The notes: generated from the sequence alone by a model not told the origin. A DNA stretch of 64,000 nucleotides from Nitrososphaeria archaeon (GCA_050011875.1 JBEKIG010000002.1:132385-196384), one strand, 5' to 3'. Shown: positions 20,207 through 30,563, counted from the first letter of the stretch. Numbers and translations are program-made.

Positions 20207-21463
20207 ATGAATATAATCGAGAAGATAATGGCTAAAGCTTCTGGCAGAAAGTATGTTAACGCAGGTGACATAATAGAGGCTGAAATCGATAAAGCCATGA
20301 TGAATGATATAACAGCCCCATTAGCCGTCGAAGCTTTCAAAGAGATGGGAGGAAAAGAGGTCTGGAAAAAGGACCGTATAATAATCGTTTTAGATCATCT
20401 AGTTCCCGCCAACTCTGAACAGTCCGCCAACTTACATAGGATTCTCAGAACCTTCGCCAATAATCAGGGTATAAAAAATTTTTATGACGTTGGAAGAGGG
20501 GGAGTATGCCACCAGATAATGATGGAGAATCATGCCAAACCTGGGGAAATGATTGTCGGTGCCGATTCCCATACCTGCACCTATGGTGCGGTTGGCGCTT
20601 TCGCTACAGGAATAGGCTCCACGGAAATCGCTTCAGTGTTATTGACGGGTAAACTATGGTTTAAGGTTCCGAAGGCTGTTAAAATCATTGTCAACGGAGA
20701 GCTTAAGCCTCCGGTCGCACCGAAAGATCTTATTCTCTATACAATCGGACAGTTCAAAGCAGATGGCGCAACTTACATGGGGATAAACTTCTCAGGAGAT
20801 GCCGTACATAAAATGAGCGTTGATGGAAGGATGACTATATGCAACATGGTCGTCGAGATGGGCGCGAAAAATGGCATAGTCGAGCCTGACGATAGAACCG
20901 CCGAGTTTCTAAAAGCCAGGAAGCTAACACCCTTCGGTTTTGTAAAAGAAGATCCTGATGCAGAATATGATAGGGTCGTAGAATACGAAGCTCCTGAACT
21001 CGAATCTATGGTCGCCCTTCCTCCATCAGTCGATAACGTCAAGCCCGTTTCCGAAGTCAGAAATGTGGAAATAGATCAGGCTGTAATCGGATCTTGCACA
21101 AATGGGCGTCTAGAGGATCTGCGTATAGCCGCAAAAATCCTGCGTGGAAGGAAAGTGAAGAAAGGTGTAAGAGCTTTAGTTATTCCTGCTTCACAGGAGG
21201 TCTACATGGAGGCAATGAGAGAGGAGCTGCTAGAAACCTTCATTGATTCCGGTGTTCTCGTATGTAACCCCAACTGTGGACCATGCTATGGTGGACATCT
21301 AGGTTTACTTGCAGCTGGTGAATCCTGCGTAAGCAGCACAAATAGAAATTTCATAGGTCGAATGGGTAGCCCTAAAGCTATGGTCTACCTCGCTTCACCT
21401 GCAACTGTTGCCGCATCGGCCGTCACTGGAAAAATAACTGACCCAAAAGTTTTCGAGGCTTAA
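20207..21463 (+). CDS. leuC: 3-isopropylmalate dehydratase large subunit (archaeal type)
   Basis: LDHLVP, GVCHQ, GADSHTCT, IGSCTNGR, CGPCYG, STNRNF. Confidence 0.93.
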   Translation: MNIIEKIMAKASGRKYVNAGDIIEAEIDKAMMNDITAPLAVEAFKEMGGKEVWKKDRIIIVLDHLVPANSEQSANLHRILRTFANNQGIKNFYDVGRGGVCHQIMMENHAKPGEMIVGADSHTCTYGAVGAFATGIGSTEIASVLLTGKLWFKVPKAVKIIVNGELKPPVAPKDLILYTIGQFKADGATYMGINFSGDAVHKMSVDGRMTICNMVVEMGAKNGIVEPDDRTAEFLKARKLTPFGFVKEDPDAEYDRVVEYEAPELESMVALPPSVDNVKPVSEVRNVEIDQAVIGSCTNGRLEDLRIAAKILRGRKVKKGVRALVIPASQEVYMEAMREELLETFIDSGVLVCNPNCGPCYGGHLGLLAAGESCVSSTNRNFIGRMGSPKAMVYLASPATVAASAVTGKITDPKVFEA

Positions 21464-21469
21464 TTAAAT

Positions 21470-21967
21470 ATGAACATTATCGAGGGTAAAGTGTTGAAGT
21501 ATGGGGACGGGGTTAACACTGACGTTATTATTCCAGGGAAATATCTAATTTACACCGATTACAAAGAATTAGCTAAGCATGCAATGGAAGGCATCGATCC
21601 TGATTTTTCCAAAAAAATAAGCGAAAGAAAGATAATTGTAGCAGGAACAAACTTTGGCTGTGGCTCCAGCAGGGAACAGGCGCCTATAGCGCTCAAGTAC
21701 GCTGGTGTCCAGTGTGTCTTGGCAGACTCCTTCGCAAGAATATTCTACAGAAACGCGATCAACATCGGACTGCCCATTCTAGAGTGCGACAGCATAAGTA
21801 GTAAAATTGACGATGCTGACGAACTCAGAATCGACTTTAGGAAGGGTTCAGTCGAAGATGTCAATAAAGGGATCAGGTTAGATACACATCCTGTTCCTGG
21901 TTTCCTTTTGGAAATAATGGAGAAAGGTCTAGTCAAATATATAAAAGAGAAGAGGGATAAAATATGA
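21470..21967 (+). CDS. leuD: 3-isopropylmalate dehydratase small subunit
   Basis: NTDVIIPG, NFGCGSSREQA, SFARIFYRNAINIG. Confidence 0.93.
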   Translation: MNIIEGKVLKYGDGVNTDVIIPGKYLIYTDYKELAKHAMEGIDPDFSKKISERKIIVAGTNFGCGSSREQAPIALKYAGVQCVLADSFARIFYRNAINIGLPILECDSISSKIDDADELRIDFRKGSVEDVNKGIRLDTHPVPGFLLEIMEKGLVKYIKEKRDKI

Positions 21968-22992
21968 AATCTTATACAATTTCCCTGATACCGGGTGACG
22001 GTATTGGGCCTGAACAAACAGATGCTACACTTAAGGTCTTGGAAGCTGTTCAGAAGAAGAATGCAATCGTATTAAACATGGTCAAAACTGAAGCTGGGGA
22101 CGAATGTTATAAGAAGAAGGGTGCTGCTCTCCCTCAAGACAGCTTAGAAACCATCAAATCTTCAGATGCCTGTTTGAAGGGACCTGTTGGTGAAACCGCA
22201 GCAGACGTCATCGTCAAGTTAAGGCTGATCTTTGACCTATACGCGAACATTAGACCAATCAAAGCCTACCCCAACGTGCCAACTATGGCTCCTGGATTAG
22301 ACTTTGTCATCGTCAGGGAGAACACGGAGGACGTCTATAGAGGAATAGAGTTCGACTTGGACAAAGATTCAGCTGTCTGCATGAGAATTATTACGAGACG
22401 TGGAAGCGAGAGAATCGCGCGATATGCCTTTGAAATCGCGTCAAAACGTAAGAAGAAATTCAAGGTTACGGCCGTTAACAAGGCAAACGTTATGAAGAAG
22501 ACGTGCGGCCTTTTTCTCCAAGCTTGTCGAGACGTAGCAAAATCGTATCAAGGAATAACGTTGGAGGAAATGTATGTGGACAACGCCGCTATGCAGCTGA
22601 TTAAGAGACCTTATGAGTTTGACGTATTGGTTACTACAAACATGTTCGGTGACATACTTTCAGATGAGGCGTCCATCCTTGTCGGAGGCCTTGGGATGGC
22701 TCCTGGAGCGAACATCGGCGACAGCTTTGCCCTATTTGAGCCTGTACACGGCTCCGCGCCAAAGTATGCCGGTAAACAGATTGCGAATCCTTGTTCAATG
22801 ATCCTAGCATCAAAAATGATGTTTGAATGGCTTGGACAGAAATACTCGGACAATAGATGTGTGAAGGCTGCAGAGAGTATAGACAACGCTGTAGCTAAAA
22901 CATTGGAGATGGGTTTTTTAACCCAAGACCTTGGTGGAAACGTCAAAACAGGAGATTTCGGAGAAGCTGTAGCTAAGCAAATATTAGGTTGA
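21964..22992 (+). CDS. leuB: 3-isopropylmalate dehydrogenase
   Basis: PGDGIGPE, RENTED, NMFGDILSD, FEPVHGSAP. Confidence 0.9.
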   Translation: MKSYTISLIPGDGIGPEQTDATLKVLEAVQKKNAIVLNMVKTEAGDECYKKKGAALPQDSLETIKSSDACLKGPVGETAADVIVKLRLIFDLYANIRPIKAYPNVPTMAPGLDFVIVRENTEDVYRGIEFDLDKDSAVCMRIITRRGSERIARYAFEIASKRKKKFKVTAVNKANVMKKTCGLFLQACRDVAKSYQGITLEEMYVDNAAMQLIKRPYEFDVLVTTNMFGDILSDEASILVGGLGMAPGANIGDSFALFEPVHGSAPKYAGKQIANPCSMILASKMMFEWLGQKYSDNRCVKAAESIDNAVAKTLEMGFLTQDLGGNVKTGDFGEAVAKQILG

Positions 22993-23001
22993 GTTGATGA
23001 T

Positions 23002-24522
23002 TTGACTGAAAAGTCAGTGGATAAAATAAGAATATTTGACACAACTTTAAGAGACGGCGATCAAACGCCTGGCGTTTTTTTATCACCCGAAGATAAGGTT
23101 ACCATCGCTAGGCAGCTCGACAGATTAGGAGTAGATGCGATTGAGGCAGGTACACCTGTGTCATCTAAAGGAGAATTCGAAGCCGTACGGCTTATTGCCA
23201 ATGAGGGATTGAATGCTGAGATATTTGGATTAGCAAGGGTTGTAAAAGAGGATGTGGACGCTGTTGTAAGCAGTGGTCTAAAGTATGTCCATATTTTTAT
23301 AGCGACCTCTGATATACATCTCAAACATAAACTGAGGATGACGAGAGAGCAAGCTATCCAAAAGTCGTTGGAGGTCATAGATTACGCTAAATCATATGGA
23401 ATATCGGTTGAGTTTTCAGCCGAAGACGCAACGAGAACAGAGATAGGTTTCCTAAAGGAATTTTATAAGGCGGTGGTTGGGGCGGGTGTAATTCGAATCA
23501 ACATCCCAGATACTGTAGGAATCATGACTCCTAATAGGATGTTCCAACTTGTAAAAGAAGTTCGAGCTTCCGTTGATAAACCAATCAGCGTTCATTGCCA
23601 TAACGATTTTGGTATGGCGGTTGCAAACTCTCTTGCAGGGGTAGAAGCTGGAGCAGAGCAGATCCATGTTACAATTAACGGCTTAGGAGAAAGAGCAGGA
23701 AACGCTGCGCTGGAGGAAACCGTGACCGCACTTAATTTGCTGTATAATAAAAAGACGAATATTAAAAATGAATTAATCTATCAGACTTCTCAGCTTGTTT
23801 CAAAGCTCACAAGGATACCTGTTCAACCGAATAAGGCGGTGGTCGGAGAGAATGCGTTTACGCACGAGGCTGGAATCCACACTCACGGCCTCGTGTCCAT
23901 GCCTTTGACCTATGAGCCCATGCCACCAGAATTTGTTGGACGTTCTAGGAAGATAATCCCAGGGAAACATTCAGGCAGACATGGGATAAAGGCTCAGTTG
24001 GAAGGTTGGGGTTTACGTCCTACGGACAAGCAGGTGAAGGAAATAACGGAAGAAGTGAGGGCGATAGGCGAAAAGGGTAAAGTGGTTACAGACACAGATC
24101 TCGCTGATATAGCCAAGTCGGTTATGGGAGAAGCCTTTGTAGAAGAGAAAAAGATCATCGAATTGAAGGAACTCGCTGTTATGACCGGAACTAGGATGAC
24201 GTCTACGGCATCCGTTAGGGTAATACTAAATGATAAGGAATACACTTCAGCTGAAACCGGTGTAGGTCCAGTTGACGCCGCAATGCGGGCGCTTCAGAAG
24301 ATAACTAGAGGCCTCAATGTCAGCCTAAAGGAGTACAGGCTTGAAGCACTCACGGGAGGTTCGGATGCGGTGGCTGAAGTCATAATAAAAGTTGAAGATA
24401 AGGACGGCAATACAGTTTCTGCTAGAGCAGCTAAAGAAGACATTGTCAAAGCAAGCGTTGAGGCGATGATAACGGGAATAAATAGGCTTCTACTCAGAAA
24501 GGGAATTTCGACTAAGGATTAG
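23002..24522 (+). CDS. leuA: 2-isopropylmalate synthase
   Basis: [47 protein letters not shown] regulatory domain. Confidence 0.9.
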   Translation: MTEKSVDKIRIFDTTLRDGDQTPGVFLSPEDKVTIARQLDRLGVDAIEAGTPVSSKGEFEAVRLIANEGLNAEIFGLARVVKEDVDAVVSSGLKYVHIFIATSDIHLKHKLRMTREQAIQKSLEVIDYAKSYGISVEFSAEDATRTEIGFLKEFYKAVVGAGVIRINIPDTVGIMTPNRMFQLVKEVRASVDKPISVHCHNDFGMAVANSLAGVEAGAEQIHVTINGLGERAGNAALEETVTALNLLYNKKTNIKNELIYQTSQLVSKLTRIPVQPNKAVVGENAFTHEAGIHTHGLVSMPLTYEPMPPEFVGRSRKIIPGKHSGRHGIKAQLEGWGLRPTDKQVKEITEEVRAIGEKGKVVTDTDLADIAKSVMGEAFVEEKKIIELKELAVMTGTRMTSTASVRVILNDKEYTSAETGVGPVDAAMRALQKITRGLNVSLKEYRLEALTGGSDAVAEVIIKVEDKDGNTVSARAAKEDIVKASVEAMITGINRLLLRKGISTKD

Positions 24523-24570
24523 AAAGTTACCTCGAAATTGGAACTGTTATCAAATTACAACATTTGCTTT

Positions 24571-26133
24571 TTAGCCTTTTAGAGTATAGAAACCGTATTT
24601 TAGGATGTCATAGTAAAGGTCCTCAAGAGTGAAGTTCGTCTTTTTGCCACAAACACACTCAAAGGTCAAGTAACCTTTCTTAAATAGGCTTTGAATGTGT
24701 TCTGGATGAAGGTAGAAAATGGTTTGCACCTTACATGAAGTACACCCCATCAGCCAGCCTCTTTGGAAGTGTTTGCCAGGAGAAAGACTTTTGCTTAGGA
24801 CGCCAACTGCCTCATCCCTTAATTGGATTTCCTTGTTCAACTTCGGAATCTTTTCCGCTTCAGACTTTATCTTAGTATATTCTGCTGTAAGCCTGTTTAT
24901 CTGTTCTTTAACCTATTCGTGCTCCTTTTTCGATACGATATCCATCTTCACAAGGTCAGATAAGTCCCTTATGAGCTGTTGTTTTGCTCCTTCTACTTCA
25001 GCCTTAGAGAAAAATATGTAGCCTTTCCTCTTTTGTTCTAGTGCACGAGTGAGCCTTTCCGTTAAAGTACTAAGTTGATTTTCAGAAATATCCCTCGAGT
25101 TAAGCATATCGACGATTGCTTGGGCAAATTGAATCTCCACCTGCATTTCCTCCATTTGCTTTTTGAGTGTTTCAATATTTCCTGTAAGTTCATCTATTGT
25201 TTTCTGGGCCTTTTTCTTTTCATCTTCTAGCTTACTGTGCAAATTTTCAACACGAATTTCGTGCTCATTTTGCAGTTTCACTTTTTGTTCATCAAATGTC
25301 CTTTTCAGTTTATCGTTAAGTTCGATAAAACCTTGATTCGTTTGCTGTAGTTTTGATGAGGTTTCGTTGTCTTTTGCAATAATTGTTTCTAAAGTCTCTT
25401 TCGCGCGTTGAAGGCTGTCAACTGCTTCTACAAGGCTTCCGTATTTAGATAGAAGAGACGAAAGCATCTTAGATGCATTCTCTGGATCTAGACCATTTTT
25501 ATTTAACTCCTTTGCCAAAACTTCAGCTGTATTTGGTATGAAGCCTAGCTTCTCGAGAATAAGCTGATTCTCTATAATTGCATCTAATATTTCGAATGTA
25601 ATATTGTGTTGTGAGGTCTTATCCTGTAACTTCTTGAGTTTATCAAGTTCCTTTATCAAATTCCTAAGAGCTTCGCATTCCCCCTCCAATTTCTTCTTAT
25701 TTTCAGTCAGATCTGCAACTTCTTCTATCTTCTCTTTGAAATCTTCAAGTATTTCGGAATAGCTCACGCCTTTCTGCTCTGCGAGGGCGTAGAATTCTCT
25801 ACTCTGCAAAAGTATCTTTGAAGCGTCCTTACCGTATGATGATATTTGGGATATCGCGTCAGAAGCTGTTTCAATATCTATTTTGATTTTTTCGAGCTCG
25901 CTAACCAAATGGGCGCCCTTTAAAACCTGCTCTATGCTACTCTTATTCTTGTTGATAAGTATAGTGATTCTTCTCAATTCATCAAGTTCTGGAAATTCCT
26001 TTCTGAGCTCGTTCAAATCCTTTGACAATTTTCCGACGCTTTCGCCTGTTTTATCTCTAATGGTGCTAAAATTTCCACCGTTCAACCACATCTTTATTGC
26101 CTTCTTCCTAACCAATGGATCCTTCTTCCTCAA
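24571..26133 (-). pseudogene. HTH - long coiled-coil - Zn-ribbon protein interrupted by one in-frame TAG (24913-24915)
   Basis: ORFs 24913..26166 and 24571..24840 share a frame; the linker reads KKEHE*VKEQINRLTAEYTKIKSEAEKIPKLNKEI with no other stop; N-terminal HTH-like WLNGGNFSTIRDKTGESVGKLS; C-terminal CTSC...CVC; start TTG 26133 is an estimate. Confidence 0.7.
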
Positions 26134-26173
26134 AACTATATACCGATAATTTAAATGGATGTGCATTTTTAAA

Positions 26174-26237
26174 TGTTCTTTTGTTCAAATAAACTGTTCA
26201 AAAGTTCACATAAATTGTTCATATGTTCACATGTTCA
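26174..26237. repeat. Seven-copy TGTTC(A) direct-repeat array upstream of the HTH gene
   Basis: Copies at 26174 (TGTTCT), 26182, 26195, 26203 (AGTTCA), 26216, 26224, 26232; spacings 8,13,8,13,8,8. Confidence 0.8.
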
Positions 26238-26498
26238 GATAACAATATTAAACCAAGCACCCTAATTCAAGGCGTATCTCAGCAATATACCCCGATATAA
26301 CCAAGTCTTTCCTAATACATTATTGATCTTTTTAAGATATGCATTGACACTTAGGAACAAAGCTTTTTTTAATGGATAATCTGATTGCCAGTTTTGAACT
26401 AAACATAATAATAATGAACAAGATATGAAAAAATGTACAATTGATTTTATAAAGGATTTTACTTTCTTCTAATTAATTATCCTAACGAAAAAGACAGA

Positions 26499-26536
26499 TA
26501 AGCCAAGTATCATGGGTTCAAATCCCACCGGGCCCG
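26499..26536 (+). mobile_element. 3' half of a tRNA (Arg-like), probable att-site remnant
   Basis: TAAGCCAAGTATC-ATGGG-TTCAAAT-CCCAC-CGGGCCC-G gives anticodon 3' strand, T arm, acceptor 3' strand and G discriminator; no 5' half nearby. Confidence 0.75.
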
Positions 26537-26698
26537 CTTATTGCACTTGAAATTTACTGTAACTTAAAATATTGGTATATGTATTAACAGTATGGTCTTT
26601 CCTATATAAATTCTTATCAAGGTATTGATCAAAGTTATTCTAGTCTAATATTGAGAAGCCAAAGTTATAATTTTTCTCAAACATCAACATTTTGGAAC

Positions 26699-26724
26699 GT
26701 AAAATGCCGTACACGGCCTTTTAC
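26699..26724. promoter_or_regulatory. Inverted repeat, candidate operator upstream of the gcl-like gene
   Basis: GTAAAATGCCGT-AC-ACGGCCTTTTAC (12-bp arms, 1 mismatch) just upstream of TTTTTATA at about 26732-26739. Confidence 0.55.
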
Positions 26725-26770
26725 CAATAATTTTTTATACTTTCCAATTTGAATAGAAAGGCGATAACAT

Positions 26771-28483
26771 TTGAGTTCAAAGGGAATATCTAAAATGCCC
26801 GCGATGAAAGCCGTGATTAACATTCTTGAGGACGAGGGAATAAAGCACATATTTGGTATACCCGGCGCAGGAATACTGCCTTTTTATAAGTCTCTAGAAA
26901 GCTCCTATAAAATTACGCATTATTTGATGCGACATGAAGAAGGAGCGATCCATGCGGCTGATGGGTATGCTAGAGCAAGCGGAGAAGTTGGCTTCTGCGT
27001 GTGCACATCTGGGCCTGCTGGTACAAACTTTGTAACAGGACTGTATGCAGCTAGGGTCGATTCTATCCCAATCATAGCTGTTACAGGTCAGAACGTCAGA
27101 GCTCAGTTGGGGAAGGAGGCTTTTCAGGCGGTTGATATTGCAGAAATCGTGAAATCCATTACAAAGAAAGCATACCTCGTAAAGGAAACAGCTCAACTAC
27201 CTCAGGTCTTTCGCGAAGCATTCAGAATAGCCAGAGAAGGTCGTCCTGGACCTGTTCTGATCGACTTGCCTCTAGATGTTCAGAAAGGTGAAGTATTCTA
27301 TGACGAGGAAAGCGATAGCCCTCTTCCATTTTTTAATCCCCCACCTAACCCTAAGAAAGTCAAATTGGCGCTGGAAATGATTCTTGACTCAAAAAACCCA
27401 GTCTTCCTTTTGGGAGGAGGAGTGATTTTAGCTAACGCCTGCAATGAATTTGTGAAGCTCGCGGAATACTTAGGAGTTCCTGTTGTAACATCTCTTATGG
27501 GCAAAGGAGGTATTCCCCCGGACCATCCCCTTTATGCCGGTCAAGTGGGCGTTTTCGTTGACATACCTCCGGGTAACAGGGTCTTCCTTGAATCGGATCT
27601 GGTAGTGGGTTTTGGATGCAGATTCTCCGACAGACACACAGGGGGCATGGACGCGTACTTGAAGGGAAGAAGATTTATTCATGTAAATATTGAACCCGAT
27701 CACATAGGCAGAATTGTTCCAGCAGACCTTCCAATCATCGCTGACGTCAAGCTCACTCTGGAGGCGATGTTAGAAGAAGCAAGAAAAATGACACCTAAGA
27801 AAGAGGCCAGTCAGAGGGTTAAAGGAATACCTGAACTTCGAACAAAAATGGCAAGGAAACTGGACTTCGACGACGTTCCCATAAAGCCGCAGAGGATATT
27901 CAAGGAGATAAACGAATTCTTCGATAAAGAGACGATATTCGTAACCACAATAGGATTGAACCAGATGCTTTCAAGCCAGCATCAGAACATATACAAGCCT
28001 AGACACTATCTTGTGCCGGGAGGGGCTGGACCACTTGGCTGGGATCTTCCCGCTTCTATAGGAGCAAAGCTAGCTAAGCCTAACAACCTTGTCGTTGACG
28101 TTACCGGGGACTTTGGATTTGGCTTTTGCGTAGAAGAGCTGGCTGTGTCTGTGCACTATAACATTCCAGTCGTCTTCATCATCTTGAACGATGGACATCT
28201 CGGCCTCATTCGACAAGCCGAGAAATATCAGTACGATATGCACTTCGCAGTCGACACATGGTACAAGGATAGACTGCCAGAATTCCAAAGCTTTGTGGAC
28301 TACGTCAAGCTCGCAGAAGCGTTCGGCGCGATGGCGGAAAGAGTAGAAAAGCCAGAGGATCTCAAACCAGCTTTCAAAAGGGCGGTTGAAGCAAACCACC
28401 CATATATCGTAGAAGTCATAATGAATCGCGAAACAGATGTTTCAACAGGAGCCAACATCGACGCAATCGTAGAGCGCTCTTAG
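26771..28483 (+). CDS. gcl: Glyoxylate carboligase-like ThDP enzyme
   Basis: TSGPAGT, KEAFQAVDI, RFSDRHTG, VPIKPQR, TTIGLNQ, AGPLGW, GDFGFGFCVEELAV, LGLIRQ are Gcl-type signatures. Confidence 0.75.
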   Translation: MSSKGISKMPAMKAVINILEDEGIKHIFGIPGAGILPFYKSLESSYKITHYLMRHEEGAIHAADGYARASGEVGFCVCTSGPAGTNFVTGLYAARVDSIPIIAVTGQNVRAQLGKEAFQAVDIAEIVKSITKKAYLVKETAQLPQVFREAFRIAREGRPGPVLIDLPLDVQKGEVFYDEESDSPLPFFNPPPNPKKVKLALEMILDSKNPVFLLGGGVILANACNEFVKLAEYLGVPVVTSLMGKGGIPPDHPLYAGQVGVFVDIPPGNRVFLESDLVVGFGCRFSDRHTGGMDAYLKGRRFIHVNIEPDHIGRIVPADLPIIADVKLTLEAMLEEARKMTPKKEASQRVKGIPELRTKMARKLDFDDVPIKPQRIFKEINEFFDKETIFVTTIGLNQMLSSQHQNIYKPRHYLVPGGAGPLGWDLPASIGAKLAKPNNLVVDVTGDFGFGFCVEELAVSVHYNIPVVFIILNDGHLGLIRQAEKYQYDMHFAVDTWYKDRLPEFQSFVDYVKLAEAFGAMAERVEKPEDLKPAFKRAVEANHPYIVEVIMNRETDVSTGANIDAIVERS

Positions 28484-28522
28484 CGACTTTTTATAGCACA
28501 AAAACTCCTGAGACATGAAAAG

Positions 28523-29590
28523 ATGAAAATTTTAATCGCTTCAGACAACGGCGTTAAGGTGGAGCACTTTTCTTCAGCATTTGCCCAACTCGCCAAAGAG
28601 CATGAAATTACAATCATAGAAGTCGATAGGAAAATCAACTTTAAACCGACAACACCGTCAGAGATGAAGCTTAAAGAATACATCGGTTCACCTAAACAGC
28701 TTGTAAACGCTGTCGACGATGCAGACATCCTTATAGTGAACTACGCGCCTATTACTGCTGAAGTCATTTACGCGGGTAGAAGACTTAAGCTAATCGGAGT
28801 AACCCGTGGTGGACCCGTCAACGTTGACCTGGAAGCCGCCACTAAGAATGGAGTTCTGGTTGTCAATGCACCTGAAAGAACCGTCGAAGCTGTAGCCGAT
28901 TTCACGCTAGGTTTAATGATAGCGGAGGCTAGAAATATCGCAAGAGCACATCACATGCTTAGGACTGGTGAAGTGCTCAAGATCAACCCAAGACTCTATG
29001 GAGACTCGAATATTTCTGGGGTGGAACTTTCAGGAAAAACTTTAGGCGTAATCGGCCTCGGAAGAATAGGAAAAAAGGTTGCGTTACGAGCTGAAGCTTT
29101 CGGCATGGATGTGGTAGCTTACGACCCCTACACAACTGTGGAAGACGCAGAAAGTGTTAGGGCAAATTTAACAGACCTGAATTCACTTCTTAAAGTGTCA
29201 GATTTCATCACAGTACACGTCAGATATACCAAAGAAACGGAGCATATGTTAGGTAAAGAACAGATTGGAATGATGAAGAGGACAGCATATTTAGTTAATA
29301 CATCCAGAGGTGGCGTTATAGATGAGAAGGCATTATTTTTGGCTTTAAAAGAAAAGAGGATAGCAGGGGCAGCCTTAGATGTTGTCGAACAGGAACCTAT
29401 TAGCCCGAACAACCCTTTGTTGGGGCTCGACAATATTACGATAACACCTCACATGGCTGGTTTAACTCAAGAGGTGCCAATTAAATCCGCTACAATAATG
29501 GCTGAGGAAGTCAGGAAATTTATTAACGGAGAGAAATCGGATAGGCTCGTAAATAAAGAGGTTTTAAAGAAACAGCAAGAACGGAATTAA
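28523..29590 (+). CDS. D-isomer-specific 2-hydroxyacid dehydrogenase (SerA-like)
   Basis: RGGPVNVD, GLGRIG, NTSRGG, ALDVVEQEP, TPHMAG. Confidence 0.88.
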   Translation: MKILIASDNGVKVEHFSSAFAQLAKEHEITIIEVDRKINFKPTTPSEMKLKEYIGSPKQLVNAVDDADILIVNYAPITAEVIYAGRRLKLIGVTRGGPVNVDLEAATKNGVLVVNAPERTVEAVADFTLGLMIAEARNIARAHHMLRTGEVLKINPRLYGDSNISGVELSGKTLGVIGLGRIGKKVALRAEAFGMDVVAYDPYTTVEDAESVRANLTDLNSLLKVSDFITVHVRYTKETEHMLGKEQIGMMKRTAYLVNTSRGGVIDEKALFLALKEKRIAGAALDVVEQEPISPNNPLLGLDNITITPHMAGLTQEVPIKSATIMAEEVRKFINGEKSDRLVNKEVLKKQQERN

Positions 29591-29591
29591 T

Positions 29592-30563
29592 CTAAGGAAG
29601 GATCAACGTTTTAATTGACGTCTTATCAGCAACTTCCTTCTGGAAAGCTCCATTTATATCTGCAAGCCTATACTTTCTGTTAACCAGGGGCTTTATATCA
29701 AAAACCCCCTTCTTGATTAATCTGAACGCGTCTCTTACACCTACAACCATCTCCTCTTTTGTTCTATGCATCAGACAAGTGTGCACTATCTTGAGCGCAT
29801 CTTCATGCCATCTATACATGTTAACTATGAATGGTTTCATGTAGTGACTGTAGATGGCTATGGTTCCATTATGCCTCACAATACTGGAAGCTGTGTTTAG
29901 TCCTTCTCCTGAACCGGAAGCTTCAACAACTACGTCAGCACCTCTATCGTTGGTGAGGTTCATTACTCGTTTTAGAATATCATCCCTGTCTGGATTTATA
30001 ACAAAATCAACGCCCAAGCTTTTTGCAAGCTCAAGTTTTTCGTTGACAAAATCGATCACAATAACTTTTTCAGCACCTCCTTTCTTTATGCCTTGAGATA
30101 AAATCTGCCCCGCGAAGCCAGCGCCGATCACGGCGACGGTATCTCCTATTTCAATACTCTTACTAACAAGCTGGCTAGCAAAAACGGCACAGGTCAAAGG
30201 CTCCCCTAAACATGCTATGTCCATGTCAACACCATCGGGAACAGGCAAGCAGCCATATGGGACATCAAAAAGGACGTAGTCAGCGTAAGTACCCTTCGCA
30301 AAAGACATCACTCTGTCGCCAACTGAAAAACCGTTAACCTTGGATCCTACTTCAACCACTGTTCCACCTCCTTCATGTCCCCAAGGAAAGATGGGCAGCT
30401 TAACTTCCCCAGAAATGTCTCCTCGATAAGCTATTTTGTCAGTGCCGCAGATAGATGCCTGAAACGTTTTCACAAGAACTTGGTCAGGACCCGGTGTGAG
30501 ATCAAGCTCTTTTAGGTAAACCTTACCTGGTCCTTCGAAATAGGCTGCGCGAGTCTTTACCAT
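29592..30563 (-). CDS. Zn-dependent MDR-family dehydrogenase lacking the structural-Zn loop
   Basis: ICGTD, GHEGGG, GAGFAG; no four-Cys cluster. Confidence 0.85.
   Translation of the reverse strand: MVKTRAAYFEGPGKVYLKELDLTPGPDQVLVKTFQASICGTDKIAYRGDISGEVKLPIFPWGHEGGGTVVEVGSKVNGFSVGDRVMSFAKGTYADYVLFDVPYGCLPVPDGVDMDIACLGEPLTCAVFASQLVSKSIEIGDTVAVIGAGFAGQILSQGIKKGGAEKVIVIDFVNEKLELAKSLGVDFVINPDRDDILKRVMNLTNDRGADVVVEASGSGEGLNTASSIVRHNGTIAIYSHYMKPFIVNMYRWHEDALKIVHTCLMHRTKEEMVVGVRDAFRLIKKGVFDIKPLVNRKYRLADINGAFQKEVADKTSIKTLILP

Noticed and set aside
24913-24915. Genome-wide TAG recoding to pyrrolysine
   Set aside because: Many conserved genes here end at TAG at their expected C-termini (e.g. 3277, 8692, 11454, 14640, 24522) and no pyl genes are in the window
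26460-26540. Complete or intron-containing tRNA gene
   Set aside because: No GGGCCCG acceptor 5' strand or D arm found upstream
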